Shown one piece after another: positions 54,776 to 64,000 of a stretch of DNA of 64,000 nt. Position 1 is the first letter of the stretch, and every line of letters begins with the position of its first letter. The notes under the pieces are model-generated. The model made no database searches, was not told the origin of the DNA, and saw only the letters and a list, made by a program, of their open reading frames with translations. A program made the translations under genes and the position numbers. This stretch comes from an uncultured Gammaproteobacteria bacterium (GTDB lineage Bacteria > Patescibacteriota > Patescibacteriia > Patescibacteriales > UBA12465), in contig CAYYDR010000001.1 in NCBI GenBank assembly GCA_964470695.1, forward strand, positions 75,405-139,404, read 5' to 3'.

Positions 54776-55794
54776 ATAAAATTAGAAAATTGTTTGACGA
54801 ACAGTTTGTTTTAGATTTATTTTGTCGCGAAGTTCTGCCTCATTATTCGGCTTTTAAGTCTATTAGTCGAGTAGAAATTAGGCCTTATAAAGATTTGGTT
54901 TGGGATACCACTTATCACGTGGTAATCGGTTTTAACACTTACTTTTTAAAGCCAGATGGCACGGAAATAAAAATTCCGATTTTTTGTTCGGCGCATAGCG
55001 ATGAGCCGCGGGAAAATGTTTATAAAGCGCTTAAGTATCTATGGACGCATAATTTTCCGGGCGGCTTTGTTGATATTCCCGACCCGATATTTTACTCTGA
55101 CGATTTCCGGGGGACTTTTTATCGCGGTTTAAGAGGTGATAACATGCTTCATTATATTAAGAATCAAGATTATGAGGCGGTCCGCCATCTAGTTTCTTTA
55201 TCGGCGCGGCTTTTCGCTCGCTTGCACTCCTTGCCAACTTCGCCTGACGCTAATGTTAATCCCCATAATTCACGCATTAGGACTGTTATTCCTGGTCTAG
55301 AAAAAATATATCGGGAAATGGGAGAGCGTTACAATAATAAATATAATGCCGATTTAAAAAAGATTTATGATTATCTAACGGAGCGAGAAGATAAATTCTT
55401 TATGAGCGGACAACCTCTTACTTTAATTCATGGCGACGCTCACCCTGAGAACATTATTGTCACAGCTCTTGATCGTATCGGCTTAATTGATTTTACCGAT
55501 CTTTGCTTGGGCGATTTTGCTCGTGATTTAGGAGCTTTTTCCCAGCAGCTGGAGTATAAGATCCTTTATAAGGTCGGTGATGAAGATTTTGCCGCCGAAA
55601 TGAAGAGCCTATTTTTAACTGATTACCTCCGGGCAGCTAATAAAGAATTAACTGCAGATCTTCAGGCCAGAATTGACTTATATTATAATTGGACGGCCGT
55701 TCGAACAGCAACTTATTGGTTTTTACGCTTTGGGCATGATGAAAAGAGAGCGGAGATATTATTAGAGAAGGTAAAAAATAATCTGAAATTATAA
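54772..55794 (+). CDS. Aminoglycoside-phosphotransferase-fold kinase (possible sugar/maltose kinase)
   Basis: Brenner motif LIHGDAHPENIIV and IDFTD. Start ATG overlaps the GH57 stop (ATGA). Confidence 0.6.
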   Translation: MNKIRKLFDEQFVLDLFCREVLPHYSAFKSISRVEIRPYKDLVWDTTYHVVIGFNTYFLKPDGTEIKIPIFCSAHSDEPRENVYKALKYLWTHNFPGGFVDIPDPIFYSDDFRGTFYRGLRGDNMLHYIKNQDYEAVRHLVSLSARLFARLHSLPTSPDANVNPHNSRIRTVIPGLEKIYREMGERYNNKYNADLKKIYDYLTEREDKFFMSGQPLTLIHGDAHPENIIVTALDRIGLIDFTDLCLGDFARDLGAFSQQLEYKILYKVGDEDFAAEMKSLFLTDYLRAANKELTADLQARIDLYYNWTAVRTATYWFLRFGHDEKRAEILLEKVKNNLKL

Positions 55795-55799
55795 TTGGC

Positions 55800-56930
55800 A
55801 TGTCAAACAAAATTAAATCTAAAAAAAATCTCCGGATTGCCCATATTCATGTCTGGGATAAAAATAATAAAGGCGACCATGCCATTGTTTTAGCTGTTCA
55901 AGAATTATTAAAAGACAGATTTAAGGGCTGCCGTATTATTGATTTCTCTGTTACTATTTTGCGCGACGGGCGGGCTAGTGATATTAAGAAACTTAATGCC
56001 GCCGATCTGATTATTATTGGCGGGGGCGGTATTTTCTATTCCTATTTTTTACCGTATAATTTGCAAATTATCTCCGCCCTTACTAAGCCGATAGTAATTT
56101 TTGGGGCTGGTTATATTCGTGAAGTCGGCGCTCCAGAACTGAAAAAAGATTTTGCTTTAAGCGTCGCTGCTTTAGCTAAAAAAGCAATCTTAGTCGGCGT
56201 CAGAGATTATAATACTAAAAGATTCCTTAATAATAATGGCGTGACGTTGTCTAAAATTAAAGTAATCGGTGATCCGGCGGTTTTATTAAGAGAAGTTAAG
56301 CCGGCTAAATTTAATATTGCTCCGCCTTATAAAAAATCCGATCGCCCCCGTTCTTATCGGGCCGCAAAAATCTCTGTTCCGCCTATCCGAGTGGGATTTA
56401 ATCTAAATTATTCCGGCTGGCTTGGTTTTGGTCAGTGGCGCGACGATATTTTAACTGCTTATCAATCTGTCGCCGCTTACTTTATCAAAAAGTATGGCAG
56501 TCAGGCTGGGCCAGGAGCAGAAATTTATTATTTGAAACATCATCCCGGGGAGGCTAATATTTATCCGGCTCTGGGAATTAAAGATTTACGCGTCGTTGAT
56601 TTAAAGCCGGCTGAACAGAAATATGTTTACGGCCAGCTGGATTTAGTCGTGGGGATGATGCTGCACTCCGGCGTATTAGCTTTTGGCGCGGGAACTCCAG
56701 AAATTAGCGTTGCTTATGATTTGAGGAATTATAGTTTTGCGGAATTCATAAAAAGACCGGAGTTGGTCATTAGTTTAGACAAATTAAAAAATGGGGAATT
56801 ATTAAAGAGGGTCAAACAAGTAATGGCGAAAAAAGATTATTATCATAAATTATTTTTAAGTAAAAAAGCCCAAATAAATAAAAGCCAAATTGAGTTTTTA
56901 GATAAAATTAAAAAATATGATAGTTTCTAA
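55800..56930 (+). CDS. Polysaccharide pyruvyl transferase family protein
   Basis: NKGDHAIVLA and IIIGGGGIF motifs typical of the PS_pyruv_trans family. Confidence 0.6.
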   Translation: MSNKIKSKKNLRIAHIHVWDKNNKGDHAIVLAVQELLKDRFKGCRIIDFSVTILRDGRASDIKKLNAADLIIIGGGGIFYSYFLPYNLQIISALTKPIVIFGAGYIREVGAPELKKDFALSVAALAKKAILVGVRDYNTKRFLNNNGVTLSKIKVIGDPAVLLREVKPAKFNIAPPYKKSDRPRSYRAAKISVPPIRVGFNLNYSGWLGFGQWRDDILTAYQSVAAYFIKKYGSQAGPGAEIYYLKHHPGEANIYPALGIKDLRVVDLKPAEQKYVYGQLDLVVGMMLHSGVLAFGAGTPEISVAYDLRNYSFAEFIKRPELVISLDKLKNGELLKRVKQVMAKKDYYHKLFLSKKAQINKSQIEFLDKIKKYDSF

Positions 56931-57942
56931 ATCTGGCCATAAGCAAAGCGTCTCTGGACTATTACCGGTTATTGCCGCTTTTTCTGGTAATGCCTTTGTT
57001 TGTGCGGCTAAGTTCGGCGGTTTTGCTTTTACTGGCTCAGGCGCAATGTTTTCTGAGGCTATTCATAGCTTGGCTGACACCGCTAATCAATTTTTGCTAA
57101 TAATTGGCGTTAGGAAATCTACCAAGCAGCCGGATAATCAATATCCCTATGGCTATGGCCGGGAAAGATTTATTTGGGCGCTGATCTCCGCTTGCGGCAT
57201 TTTCTTTATTGGCTGCGGCATTACTGTTTACCATGGCGTGATGGCTCTTCTAGAAAAACCAGCTTTTCATTTTAGTGTTTGGAATTTGTATATTTTAGCC
57301 GCCGCTTTTATTATTGAATCTTTTACTCTATGGCTGGCGATTAAAGACGTTTCCAGTCATTTTCCCGAGGCGAAGCTTAGTAAGATAATGGCTGAAGCTG
57401 ATCCGACCACTTTAGCCGTAGTGTATGAAGATGGCTTAGCGGTTATTGGTGTTTTAGTGGCGGCGCTGAGTTTGGCCATTACTTATTTTACGGGGCAGAT
57501 TTATTGGGATGCTGTTGGCTCTATTGTGATCGGGGTATTGTTAGGAGTAGCGGCTATCGTCCTGATTGCTAAAAATCGCAATTATCTTATTACTCGGTCG
57601 GTTCCTAAAGAAACCGAAGAGTTAATTATAGAAATTCTCAATGCCGATCCAACGGTTGAAAAAGTTTTGGACTTTAAGTCGGCTGTTTTGGATGTTGATA
57701 AATATTTGATCAAGTGCGATATAGAATTCAATGCCTCTTCTTTATTTAAAGAAATGGCCCATCATGATTTCTTGCAGAATGAATATGAAGAGGTTAAAGA
57801 AAGCTATGAAAATTTTGTGAAATTTTCGGTTGATTATATGGATAGAGTTCCTCGTTTAGTCGGGAAGAAAATAGACGATTTGGAAAATAAGATTAGGGAA
57901 GAAGTCCCGCAGGCAATTTTCATTGATATAGAGATTAACTAG
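56917..57942 (+). CDS. Cation diffusion facilitator (CDF) family metal transporter
   Basis: Six TM, SEAIHSLADTANQ motif, C-terminal cytoplasmic domain. Confidence 0.8.
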   Translation: MIVSKSGHKQSVSGLLPVIAAFSGNAFVCAAKFGGFAFTGSGAMFSEAIHSLADTANQFLLIIGVRKSTKQPDNQYPYGYGRERFIWALISACGIFFIGCGITVYHGVMALLEKPAFHFSVWNLYILAAAFIIESFTLWLAIKDVSSHFPEAKLSKIMAEADPTTLAVVYEDGLAVIGVLVAALSLAITYFTGQIYWDAVGSIVIGVLLGVAAIVLIAKNRNYLITRSVPKETEELIIEILNADPTVEKVLDFKSAVLDVDKYLIKCDIEFNASSLFKEMAHHDFLQNEYEEVKESYENFVKFSVDYMDRVPRLVGKKIDDLENKIREEVPQAIFIDIEIN

Positions 57943-58047
57943 TAATTATTATTAAGGTGCTTTAATTGAGCGCTTTTTTAATGGTTTTCTCTATGTTATA
58001 ATGATTATATCGGTTTTTTAATTAAATCTTAGTTTTTATTTGATTTT

Positions 58048-60678
58048 ATGTCCCGTAAGAAAAAATCAAGCAATCCCCTGGATTATGTCACTTTGCCGGA
58101 ATTTGACCTAGATGAGCGGGCTAAACGCAGCATAATTATTGTTATTTTGCTGGTTTTTGGCCTGATAAGCTTACTTGGTCTTTTTAATTTGTCCGGCCAT
58201 TTTGGAGCATTTATATCCAAATGGCTGACTCTTATTTTTGGCTATGGCAAGTGGTTAGTGCCACTAATATTTCTATATTGGGCTTTGATTCTGATTCGTC
58301 AGGCTAAAAATCCTCTTAAATTTACTGATTATTTGGGGCTTGGCTTGCTGTTCGTCTCCTATCAGACCCTTTTTCATTTTTTTATTGATCCGCTTAATTG
58401 GGAAAGCGCTGTTTTAGCTGGAACAGGCGGAGGATATGTAGGATTTTATTTAAGCCAGTTGTTTAATTATATTTTTGGTTTTTGGGGCGGCGTTTTAGTA
58501 CTAGTCGCCTTTTTACTTATTTCCTTGGTTTTAGTTTTTAACACCTCTCTGTCTAGAATCATTGGGCAGGAAAGTATCCTGGCTAGAGTTTTTAGACCAT
58601 TTGTAATATTCTTTAAGAATTTATTTTCTCGCTCGGTGGAAGATGAGGAGGCCGGTCAAAAATATATTAATGAAGCTAAAGAAGAGGTTCTTAGCGCCTG
58701 GCAGAAGAAGGACATCCCCGCCCGCTTAGAAGAAATTGAGGAAATTGAAGAGGAAGTTGAACCTAGCCCGGCGGCTTTAAAGAAAGATAAGCCTAAGGTT
58801 CAGGAGAAAATAGTCTGGCCTAAACGATCCATTAGGATTGATATGCCATTAGAACTTTTAAATAATAAAATCGGCAAGGCTATCGGCGGTGATACGGAAT
58901 TAAATGCCCTGCGCATTAAAAAAACCTTGGAAAAATTTGGTATTCCGGTAGAAATGGGCGATACGAAAGTTGGTCCGACTGTTACTCAATATACTTTCCG
59001 ACCGGCCGAAGGCGTAAAATTATCTCGCATTACCACTTTAAATAATGATTTAAGCTTAGCTCTCGCGGCTCATCCAATTAGAATTGAGGCGCCAATCCCA
59101 GGCCAGTCTCTGGTTGGCGTTGAAGTTCCTAATAAAGCTAAGGCTATTGTTGGTTTAAGAGAGATTTTAGAAGATAATGCTTTTAAGGGCCGCAAGAACA
59201 ACATGTATGTAGTGCTTGGTAAAGACGTTGCTGGGACTTCCTGGCTTTATGATTTATCACGCATGCCGCATTTGCTGGTTGCGGGTGCGACTAATTCCGG
59301 TAAATCAGTTTGCCTAAATGCGATTATTGTCAGCTTGCTTTATCAAAATAATCCCGAAGATCTGCGTTTTATTATGATAGACCCTAAGCGAGTTGAACTC
59401 CCGGTTTATAACGGCATTCCTCATTTACTTACCCCGGTCATCACTGATGTTAATAAAACTATCAATGCGCTTAAATGGTGTCTAAACGAAATGGATAGGC
59501 GTTATGATGTTTTGAATAAGGCCGGCAAAAAAAATATCCAGTCATATAACGCGGTTAGCAAGGAAAAGATGCCTTTCATTGTTTTTATCATTGATGAACT
59601 GGCTGACTTCATGATGACAGCAGGCAAGGATATGGAGGCGGCGATTATTCGTTTGGCGCAGATGTCGCGAGCGATTGGTATTCATCTTATTTTAGCGACT
59701 CAGCGTCCGAGCGTTGACGTTATCACCGGTTTAATTAAAGCTAATGTCCCGACTCGTATTGCTTTTTCCGTAGCATCTCTGGTTGACTCTAAAACTATTT
59801 TAGATTCCTCGGGCGCGGAGAAATTATTAGGCCAGGGTGATATGTTATTTTCAACGGCTGAATTTGCTAAGCCGAAGCGTATTCAGGGCGCCTATTTGAG
59901 CGATAGTGAAATTAACGACGTGGTTAACTATATTAAAGACAAAAGCGGCCCCGCTGAATATTTGGAAGGTATTACCGATAGGCAGAAGGTGGGCGGTAAC
60001 GCCGGTGTTGGCCTAGACGGTAATCATGGTGATGAGGATGAATTATTTGAAGAAGCAAAGGGGATTATTGTTAAGGCCGGCAAAGCTTCAACTTCAATGT
60101 TGCAACGCCGCTTATCAATTGGTTATGGCCGCGCCGCTAAAATTTTAGATATGTTAGAGGAGGCTGGTATTATTGGCGGTTCTAACGGTTCTAAGCCACG
60201 TGAAGTTATGATTAGCCAGGCTCAGTATGAGGCAATGAGTTCTGGCCCGATTAGCGCGATGCCAGTTCATAACCGCGCTGAGTCCAGCGCGCCAGATAAT
60301 TATTTTGGTGCCGATGAAGAAAGTGAAGATGAAGCTGAGGATGAGGTATTAGTTTTTAAAAAGGACTTAAATGGTCCGGCCCATGGCGATTCAGAGGTGG
60401 ATTCTGAGGATGAGGTTGAAGACGAAGTTGATAGTGGAGAATCTATCGCCGCCGAAGAATCAGAAGAAGCGCCTGAAGAGATGCCGGAAGAAATAAGCGA
60501 TAATATAAAAGAAGATCTATCATTAACTGAATCTGAGGAGGACGAGATAATAGAAGATGAAGATGAAATACTAGCGGATATCAGAAATAGTGATTCTGGA
60601 AAAAAAGACTTAGCGGATAAGCCGGCCGTTAAAAGAACGCCTTTAGACGATGATGATGAAATGTTTTTTTCCAAGTAA
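58048..60678 (+). CDS. ftsK: DNA translocase FtsK/SpoIIIE with a long acidic C-terminal tail
   Basis: N-terminal TM domain, Walker A GATNSGKS, Walker B FIIDELAD, gamma winged helix (SMLQRRLSIGYGRAAKILD), then ~150 aa rich in D/E/S. Confidence 0.92.
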   Translation: MSRKKKSSNPLDYVTLPEFDLDERAKRSIIIVILLVFGLISLLGLFNLSGHFGAFISKWLTLIFGYGKWLVPLIFLYWALILIRQAKNPLKFTDYLGLGLLFVSYQTLFHFFIDPLNWESAVLAGTGGGYVGFYLSQLFNYIFGFWGGVLVLVAFLLISLVLVFNTSLSRIIGQESILARVFRPFVIFFKNLFSRSVEDEEAGQKYINEAKEEVLSAWQKKDIPARLEEIEEIEEEVEPSPAALKKDKPKVQEKIVWPKRSIRIDMPLELLNNKIGKAIGGDTELNALRIKKTLEKFGIPVEMGDTKVGPTVTQYTFRPAEGVKLSRITTLNNDLSLALAAHPIRIEAPIPGQSLVGVEVPNKAKAIVGLREILEDNAFKGRKNNMYVVLGKDVAGTSWLYDLSRMPHLLVAGATNSGKSVCLNAIIVSLLYQNNPEDLRFIMIDPKRVELPVYNGIPHLLTPVITDVNKTINALKWCLNEMDRRYDVLNKAGKKNIQSYNAVSKEKMPFIVFIIDELADFMMTAGKDMEAAIIRLAQMSRAIGIHLILATQRPSVDVITGLIKANVPTRIAFSVASLVDSKTILDSSGAEKLLGQGDMLFSTAEFAKPKRIQGAYLSDSEINDVVNYIKDKSGPAEYLEGITDRQKVGGNAGVGLDGNHGDEDELFEEAKGIIVKAGKASTSMLQRRLSIGYGRAAKILDMLEEAGIIGGSNGSKPREVMISQAQYEAMSSGPISAMPVHNRAESSAPDNYFGADEESEDEAEDEVLVFKKDLNGPAHGDSEVDSEDEVEDEVDSGESIAAEESEEAPEEMPEEISDNIKEDLSLTESEEDEIIEDEDEILADIRNSDSGKKDLADKPAVKRTPLDDDDEMFFSK

Positions 60679-60692
60679 TATTTAGCCATTCT

Positions 60693-62126
60693 ATGCTCAA
60701 CATATTGAAAAAGATAATCCCGGTTTGGATTTTTAGGATCTTGCAGCCAATCTATCATTTTTTATTTAGCGGATTAGCCGCTTTATTTTATCGTTTTCCT
60801 AGTCGTCGCTTAATAGTTATTGGTGTGACTGGCACGACCGGTAAGACATCGGTAGTATATTTAATTGCTAAAATGTTGAACGAGGCGGGTTTTAAGACAG
60901 GTTTTACTTCAACGGCCGTTTTCTCTAATGGCCAGCGAGAATGGCTTAATGATAAAAAGATGACTATGCCGGGCCGTTTTTTTATCCAGAAGCTGCTCAG
61001 TCAAATGGTTAAAAATAATTGCCGCTATGCTATTATAGAAACTACTTCCGAGGGGATTGAACAATTCCGGCATCGTTTTATAAATTATGATTGCGTGCTT
61101 TTTACCGGTCTTTATCCGGAACATATTGAATCGCACGGCAGTTTTGATAATTATCGGGCCGCTAAAGGCAAATTGTTTGCTCATTTAAAAAAAGGAAAAA
61201 TAAAATACATTAATAACGATCGCCAGGTAGTTAAGCCTAATAGTGAATTAAAAAAATTAGATTTATCTCGGGTTGTTAAAACTATTATTGTTAATGGAGA
61301 CGATGATAATTGCGATTATTTTTTAAATTTTTGGAGCGACGCCAAAATTGTCTACTCCTTTAATCAAGCGGCAGATCAGGATTTATATTTAAAGAAGCTT
61401 AATAGCGAATCCATGGTTAAGGACTTTAGATTAGTTATCGGCAGCCAAATTGAAGCTACGGCTAGCGGGACATCGCTAGTTATTGCCGGCCAAAAAATAA
61501 ATCTGAAGTTACTGGGAGCTTTCAATGCTAATAACGCTTTAGCTGTCGCCGCGCTTGGCTTAAGCCAGAATTTATCATTAGCTCAAATTAAAGAGGGGCT
61601 GGAATCAGTCTGGGGTTTGGCGGGTAAGCTGGAAATAATAGACACCGGGCAAGATTTCACCGCCGTGGTTGATTATTCCTTTGAGCCTAAGGCTCTAGAG
61701 AAGCTTTATCAGGTTATTGATTTATTGCCTCATAATAAAATTATCCATCTTCTGGGTTCGGCGGGGGGAGGGCGCGATAAAGCGAGGCGGCCAATTTTAG
61801 GTCGCCTAGCCGCTGAAAAGGCTGATTTTGTGGTTGTGACTAATGAAGACCCCTATGATGAGGATCCGGCCTCTATAATTAATGCCGTTGCTTCTGGGGC
61901 GGAGATGGCTGGTAAGCAAATTAATAAAGATTTATTTAAAATTTTAGATAGGCGAGATGGCATAAAAAAAGCGCTGGAATTAGCTAAAAAAGGTGATTTA
62001 GTCCTTTTTACCGGCAAGGGAGCCGAGCAGTCAATTTGCCTGGCTAACGGAGCTAAATTACCCTGGGATGAAAGGGAGGTGGTAAAGGCGGCTATTGTGG
62101 ACAAGATGTGTATTGACAAAAGTTAG
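60693..62126 (+). CDS. murE: MurE-family ligase with a truncated, hydrophobic N-terminus and a non-canonical EDPY in place of DNPR
   Basis: P-loop GVTGTTGKTS only ~45 aa from the start, ETTSEG, FTGLYPEHIESHGSFDNYRAAKGKLF, VVDYSFEP, GGGRDKARRP, VVVTNEDPYDEDP. Confidence 0.7.
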   Translation: MLNILKKIIPVWIFRILQPIYHFLFSGLAALFYRFPSRRLIVIGVTGTTGKTSVVYLIAKMLNEAGFKTGFTSTAVFSNGQREWLNDKKMTMPGRFFIQKLLSQMVKNNCRYAIIETTSEGIEQFRHRFINYDCVLFTGLYPEHIESHGSFDNYRAAKGKLFAHLKKGKIKYINNDRQVVKPNSELKKLDLSRVVKTIIVNGDDDNCDYFLNFWSDAKIVYSFNQAADQDLYLKKLNSESMVKDFRLVIGSQIEATASGTSLVIAGQKINLKLLGAFNANNALAVAALGLSQNLSLAQIKEGLESVWGLAGKLEIIDTGQDFTAVVDYSFEPKALEKLYQVIDLLPHNKIIHLLGSAGGGRDKARRPILGRLAAEKADFVVVTNEDPYDEDPASIINAVASGAEMAGKQINKDLFKILDRRDGIKKALELAKKGDLVLFTGKGAEQSICLANGAKLPWDEREVVKAAIVDKMCIDKS

Positions 62127-62302
62127 CTAATATAATACTATAAACATAGCTTTACACTTTTTTACCAAAAAAGTGATATATCAAAACAATAATTAAATTG
62201 AATATTTTCTGAAACTCAAACCGATTTGGGCTGGGGATTTTTTTGTTAAATAAATTCGCCTCTTTTTTATTTTGCTCTATTTTCTATTTAAAATAATCGC
62301 AT

Positions 62303-64000
62303 ATGTCTAAAAGAAAATCGTTCTCAGAGTTAGCTGCGCCACTTGCCATGCCGGATCTTATTGAGATCCAAACCGATTCTTATAAATGGTTTCTTAAAGA
62401 AGGCTTAGCTGAGCTTTTTGATGAAATCAATCCAGTCGTGGATTTTATTGGACGCGATTTGGAATTATATTTTGAGGATTATTATTTAGACGAACCAAAG
62501 TTTTCCGAGATGGAAAGCCGCGAAAAGAATATTACTTTTGAAGCGCCTCTGCGCGTTAAGACTCGTTTAGTTAATAAAAAGACGGGGCGGTCTTTAAACC
62601 AGGAAGTTTTCTTGGGTGATTTTCCTTTGATGACCGAGAAGGGAACCTTCATTATTAACGGTATTGAAAGAGTTATCGTCTCTCAATTAATCCGCAGCGC
62701 CGGCGTTATGTTCACGGCGGAATTTATTAAGGGCAAAAAATGTTACGGCGCGAAAATCATTCCGAACCGCGGTGCTTGGTTGGAAATTGAAACTGATTCT
62801 AATAAAGTAATTTGGGTAAGAATTGACCGCAAACGTAAGGTAGCAATTACTTCGCTGCTCAGGGTTTTTGGTTTTTCTACTGATGAAGAATTAATTAAAC
62901 TTTTTGCTGACGTTGATTTAGTTAAAAATAAAGACGAGAAGTCTTATATTGAAGCGACGATTGAAAAAGATGCTGCTAAGAATGAGGCGGAAGGTTTGCA
63001 GGAAGTATATCGTCGTATTCGCCCGGGTGATTTAGCGTCAGTTGATAATGCGCGCCAACTTATTCATTCCATGTTCTTCCGTTTTGACCGTTATGACTTC
63101 GGCCGCGTTGGGCGCTATAAATTAAATCGTCGTTTTGATTTAGATTTAGCGGCCAATAAAAAAGAGAACCGCATTTTGCGTAAAGAAGATTTAGTCTTAA
63201 TTGTTAAAGAAGTTATCCGTTTAAATATTACTAAAAAGCCGGAAGATGATATTGACCACTTAGGCAATCGCCGTGTTCGCGCCATCGGCGGCTTGATTCA
63301 GAATCGTTTCCGCGTCGGTTTGGCTAGAATGGAACGTATTATTAAAGATAGAATGTCCACTTCTGACGTCGCTTCTCTTACTCCTAGTAAATTAGTTAAT
63401 GCTCGTCCGGTTATTGGCGTAGTTAGAGAATTTTTCATGTCTTCCCAGCTGTCTCAGTTCATGGATCAAACTAATCCTTTAGCGGAATTGGAACATAAGC
63501 GCCGTTTATCAGCCATGGGCCCGGGCGGTTTAACTCGTGAACGCGCCGGCTTTGATGTCCGCGACGTACATACTACTCACTATGGCCGCATTTGTCCGAT
63601 TGCGACTCCGGAAGGTCCGAATATCGGTTTAGTCGGCCACTTGGCCAGCTATGCGCGCTTAAATAGCTATGGATTTTTAGAGACGCCATACCGCAAAGTT
63701 ATCCACGATAAAAAAGGCAGCCGCGTTACCGATGATATTGTTTATTTGGATGCCTTTGAAGAAGAAAAATATATTACCGTTGACTCAACTATACCGGTTG
63801 ATAAAGATGGTTATTTTATTGTTAATAAATTTCAGGTTAGAAAGCACGGCGAGCCAGGCATTGAAGAAGTAGCCAATATAAATTTTATCGGGTTAGCCGC
63901 CAACCAAATCATTTCTATTGCGACCAGCCTTATCCCATTCATGGAACACAACGATGGTCAGCGTTCTTTAATGGGTACGAACATGCAACGTCAGGCCGTT
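62303..64000 (+). CDS. rpoB: DNA-directed RNA polymerase beta subunit (5' part, continues beyond the window)
   Basis: Hand translation MSKRKSFSELAAPLAMPDLIEIQTDSYKWFLKEG. Open in frame to the window end (566 codons). Not in the ORF track because there is no stop. Confidence 0.92.
   Translation, partial: MSKRKSFSELAAPLAMPDLIEIQTDSYKWFLKEGLAELFDEINPVVDFIGRDLELYFEDYYLDEPKFSEMESREKNITFEAPLRVKTRLVNKKTGRSLNQEVFLGDFPLMTEKGTFIINGIERVIVSQLIRSAGVMFTAEFIKGKKCYGAKIIPNRGAWLEIETDSNKVIWVRIDRKRKVAITSLLRVFGFSTDEELIKLFADVDLVKNKDEKSYIEATIEKDAAKNEAEGLQEVYRRIRPGDLASVDNARQLIHSMFFRFDRYDFGRVGRYKLNRRFDLDLAANKKENRILRKEDLVLIVKEVIRLNITKKPEDDIDHLGNRRVRAIGGLIQNRFRVGLARMERIIKDRMSTSDVASLTPSKLVNARPVIGVVREFFMSSQLSQFMDQTNPLAELEHKRRLSAMGPGGLTRERAGFDVRDVHTTHYGRICPIATPEGPNIGLVGHLASYARLNSYGFLETPYRKVIHDKKGSRVTDDIVYLDAFEEEKYITVDSTIPVDKDGYFIVNKFQVRKHGEPGIEEVANINFIGLAANQIISIATSLIPFMEHNDGQRSLMGTNMQRQAV

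Noticed and set aside
60300-60758. 152-codon Ser-rich antisense ORF.
   Set aside because: It is the mirror image of the Asp/Glu-rich FtsK tail (GAA/GAT codons read as TTC/ATC/TCx on the other strand) and overlaps the murE-like start region. Shadow ORF.

Overview
AT-rich bacterial chromosome segment. Gene content and protein style look like a Candidate Phyla Radiation (Patescibacteria) genome: compact housekeeping genes, an archaeal-type UMP kinase, an EndoQ-like PHP nuclease, a PilT ATPase, ribosomal and RNA-binding proteins with charged low-complexity tails, and a 23S-5S rRNA pair with no 16S upstream. That taxonomic call is inference from sequence reading only. Most of the window is core machinery:
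- Translation and RNA turnover: rpsA, rpmF, rpsP, rpsO, rpsT, infB, rbfA, trmD, rnc, rny, pnp, nrnA.
- Replication and repair: polA, holA, recA, ruvC, ftsK, EndoQ-like.
- Peptidoglycan: murD, murI, MurF-like, ddl, MurE-like, LysM-M23.
- UDP-GlcNAc supply, an alpha-glucan cluster, and the start of rpoB.

Nine tRNA genes sit in three clusters. I saw no CRISPR array, transposase, integrase or recognisable defence system.

The best-supported unusual feature is a tRNA-Phe(GAA) gene split after U33 by a 253-nt group I (IC3-like) intron. All core pairings can be read directly from the sequence. A free-standing HTH plus LAGLIDADG-like ORF lies immediately downstream of it.

Other items worth a second look:
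- A solitary secreted protein with an FCB-type (T9SS-like) C-terminal sorting domain, wedged between rny and infB.
- MurF-like and MurE-like ligases whose UDP-binding N-domains are replaced by hydrophobic segments.
- A 640-bp ORF-poor region of nested inverted repeats upstream of polA, containing a 55-codon signal-peptide ORF with a Shine-Dalgarno (SD) site.
- A GC-rich element beside tRNA-Ala bounded by copies of that tRNA's T-loop/acceptor sequence.
- A possible circularly permuted ATP-grasp protein next to a 33-codon hydrophobic ORF.
- A 7-TM protein with two PQ motifs.
- A split between core genes without SD sites and orphan genes with strong SD sites.

All functional calls come from motif recognition by eye. 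No database search was run.
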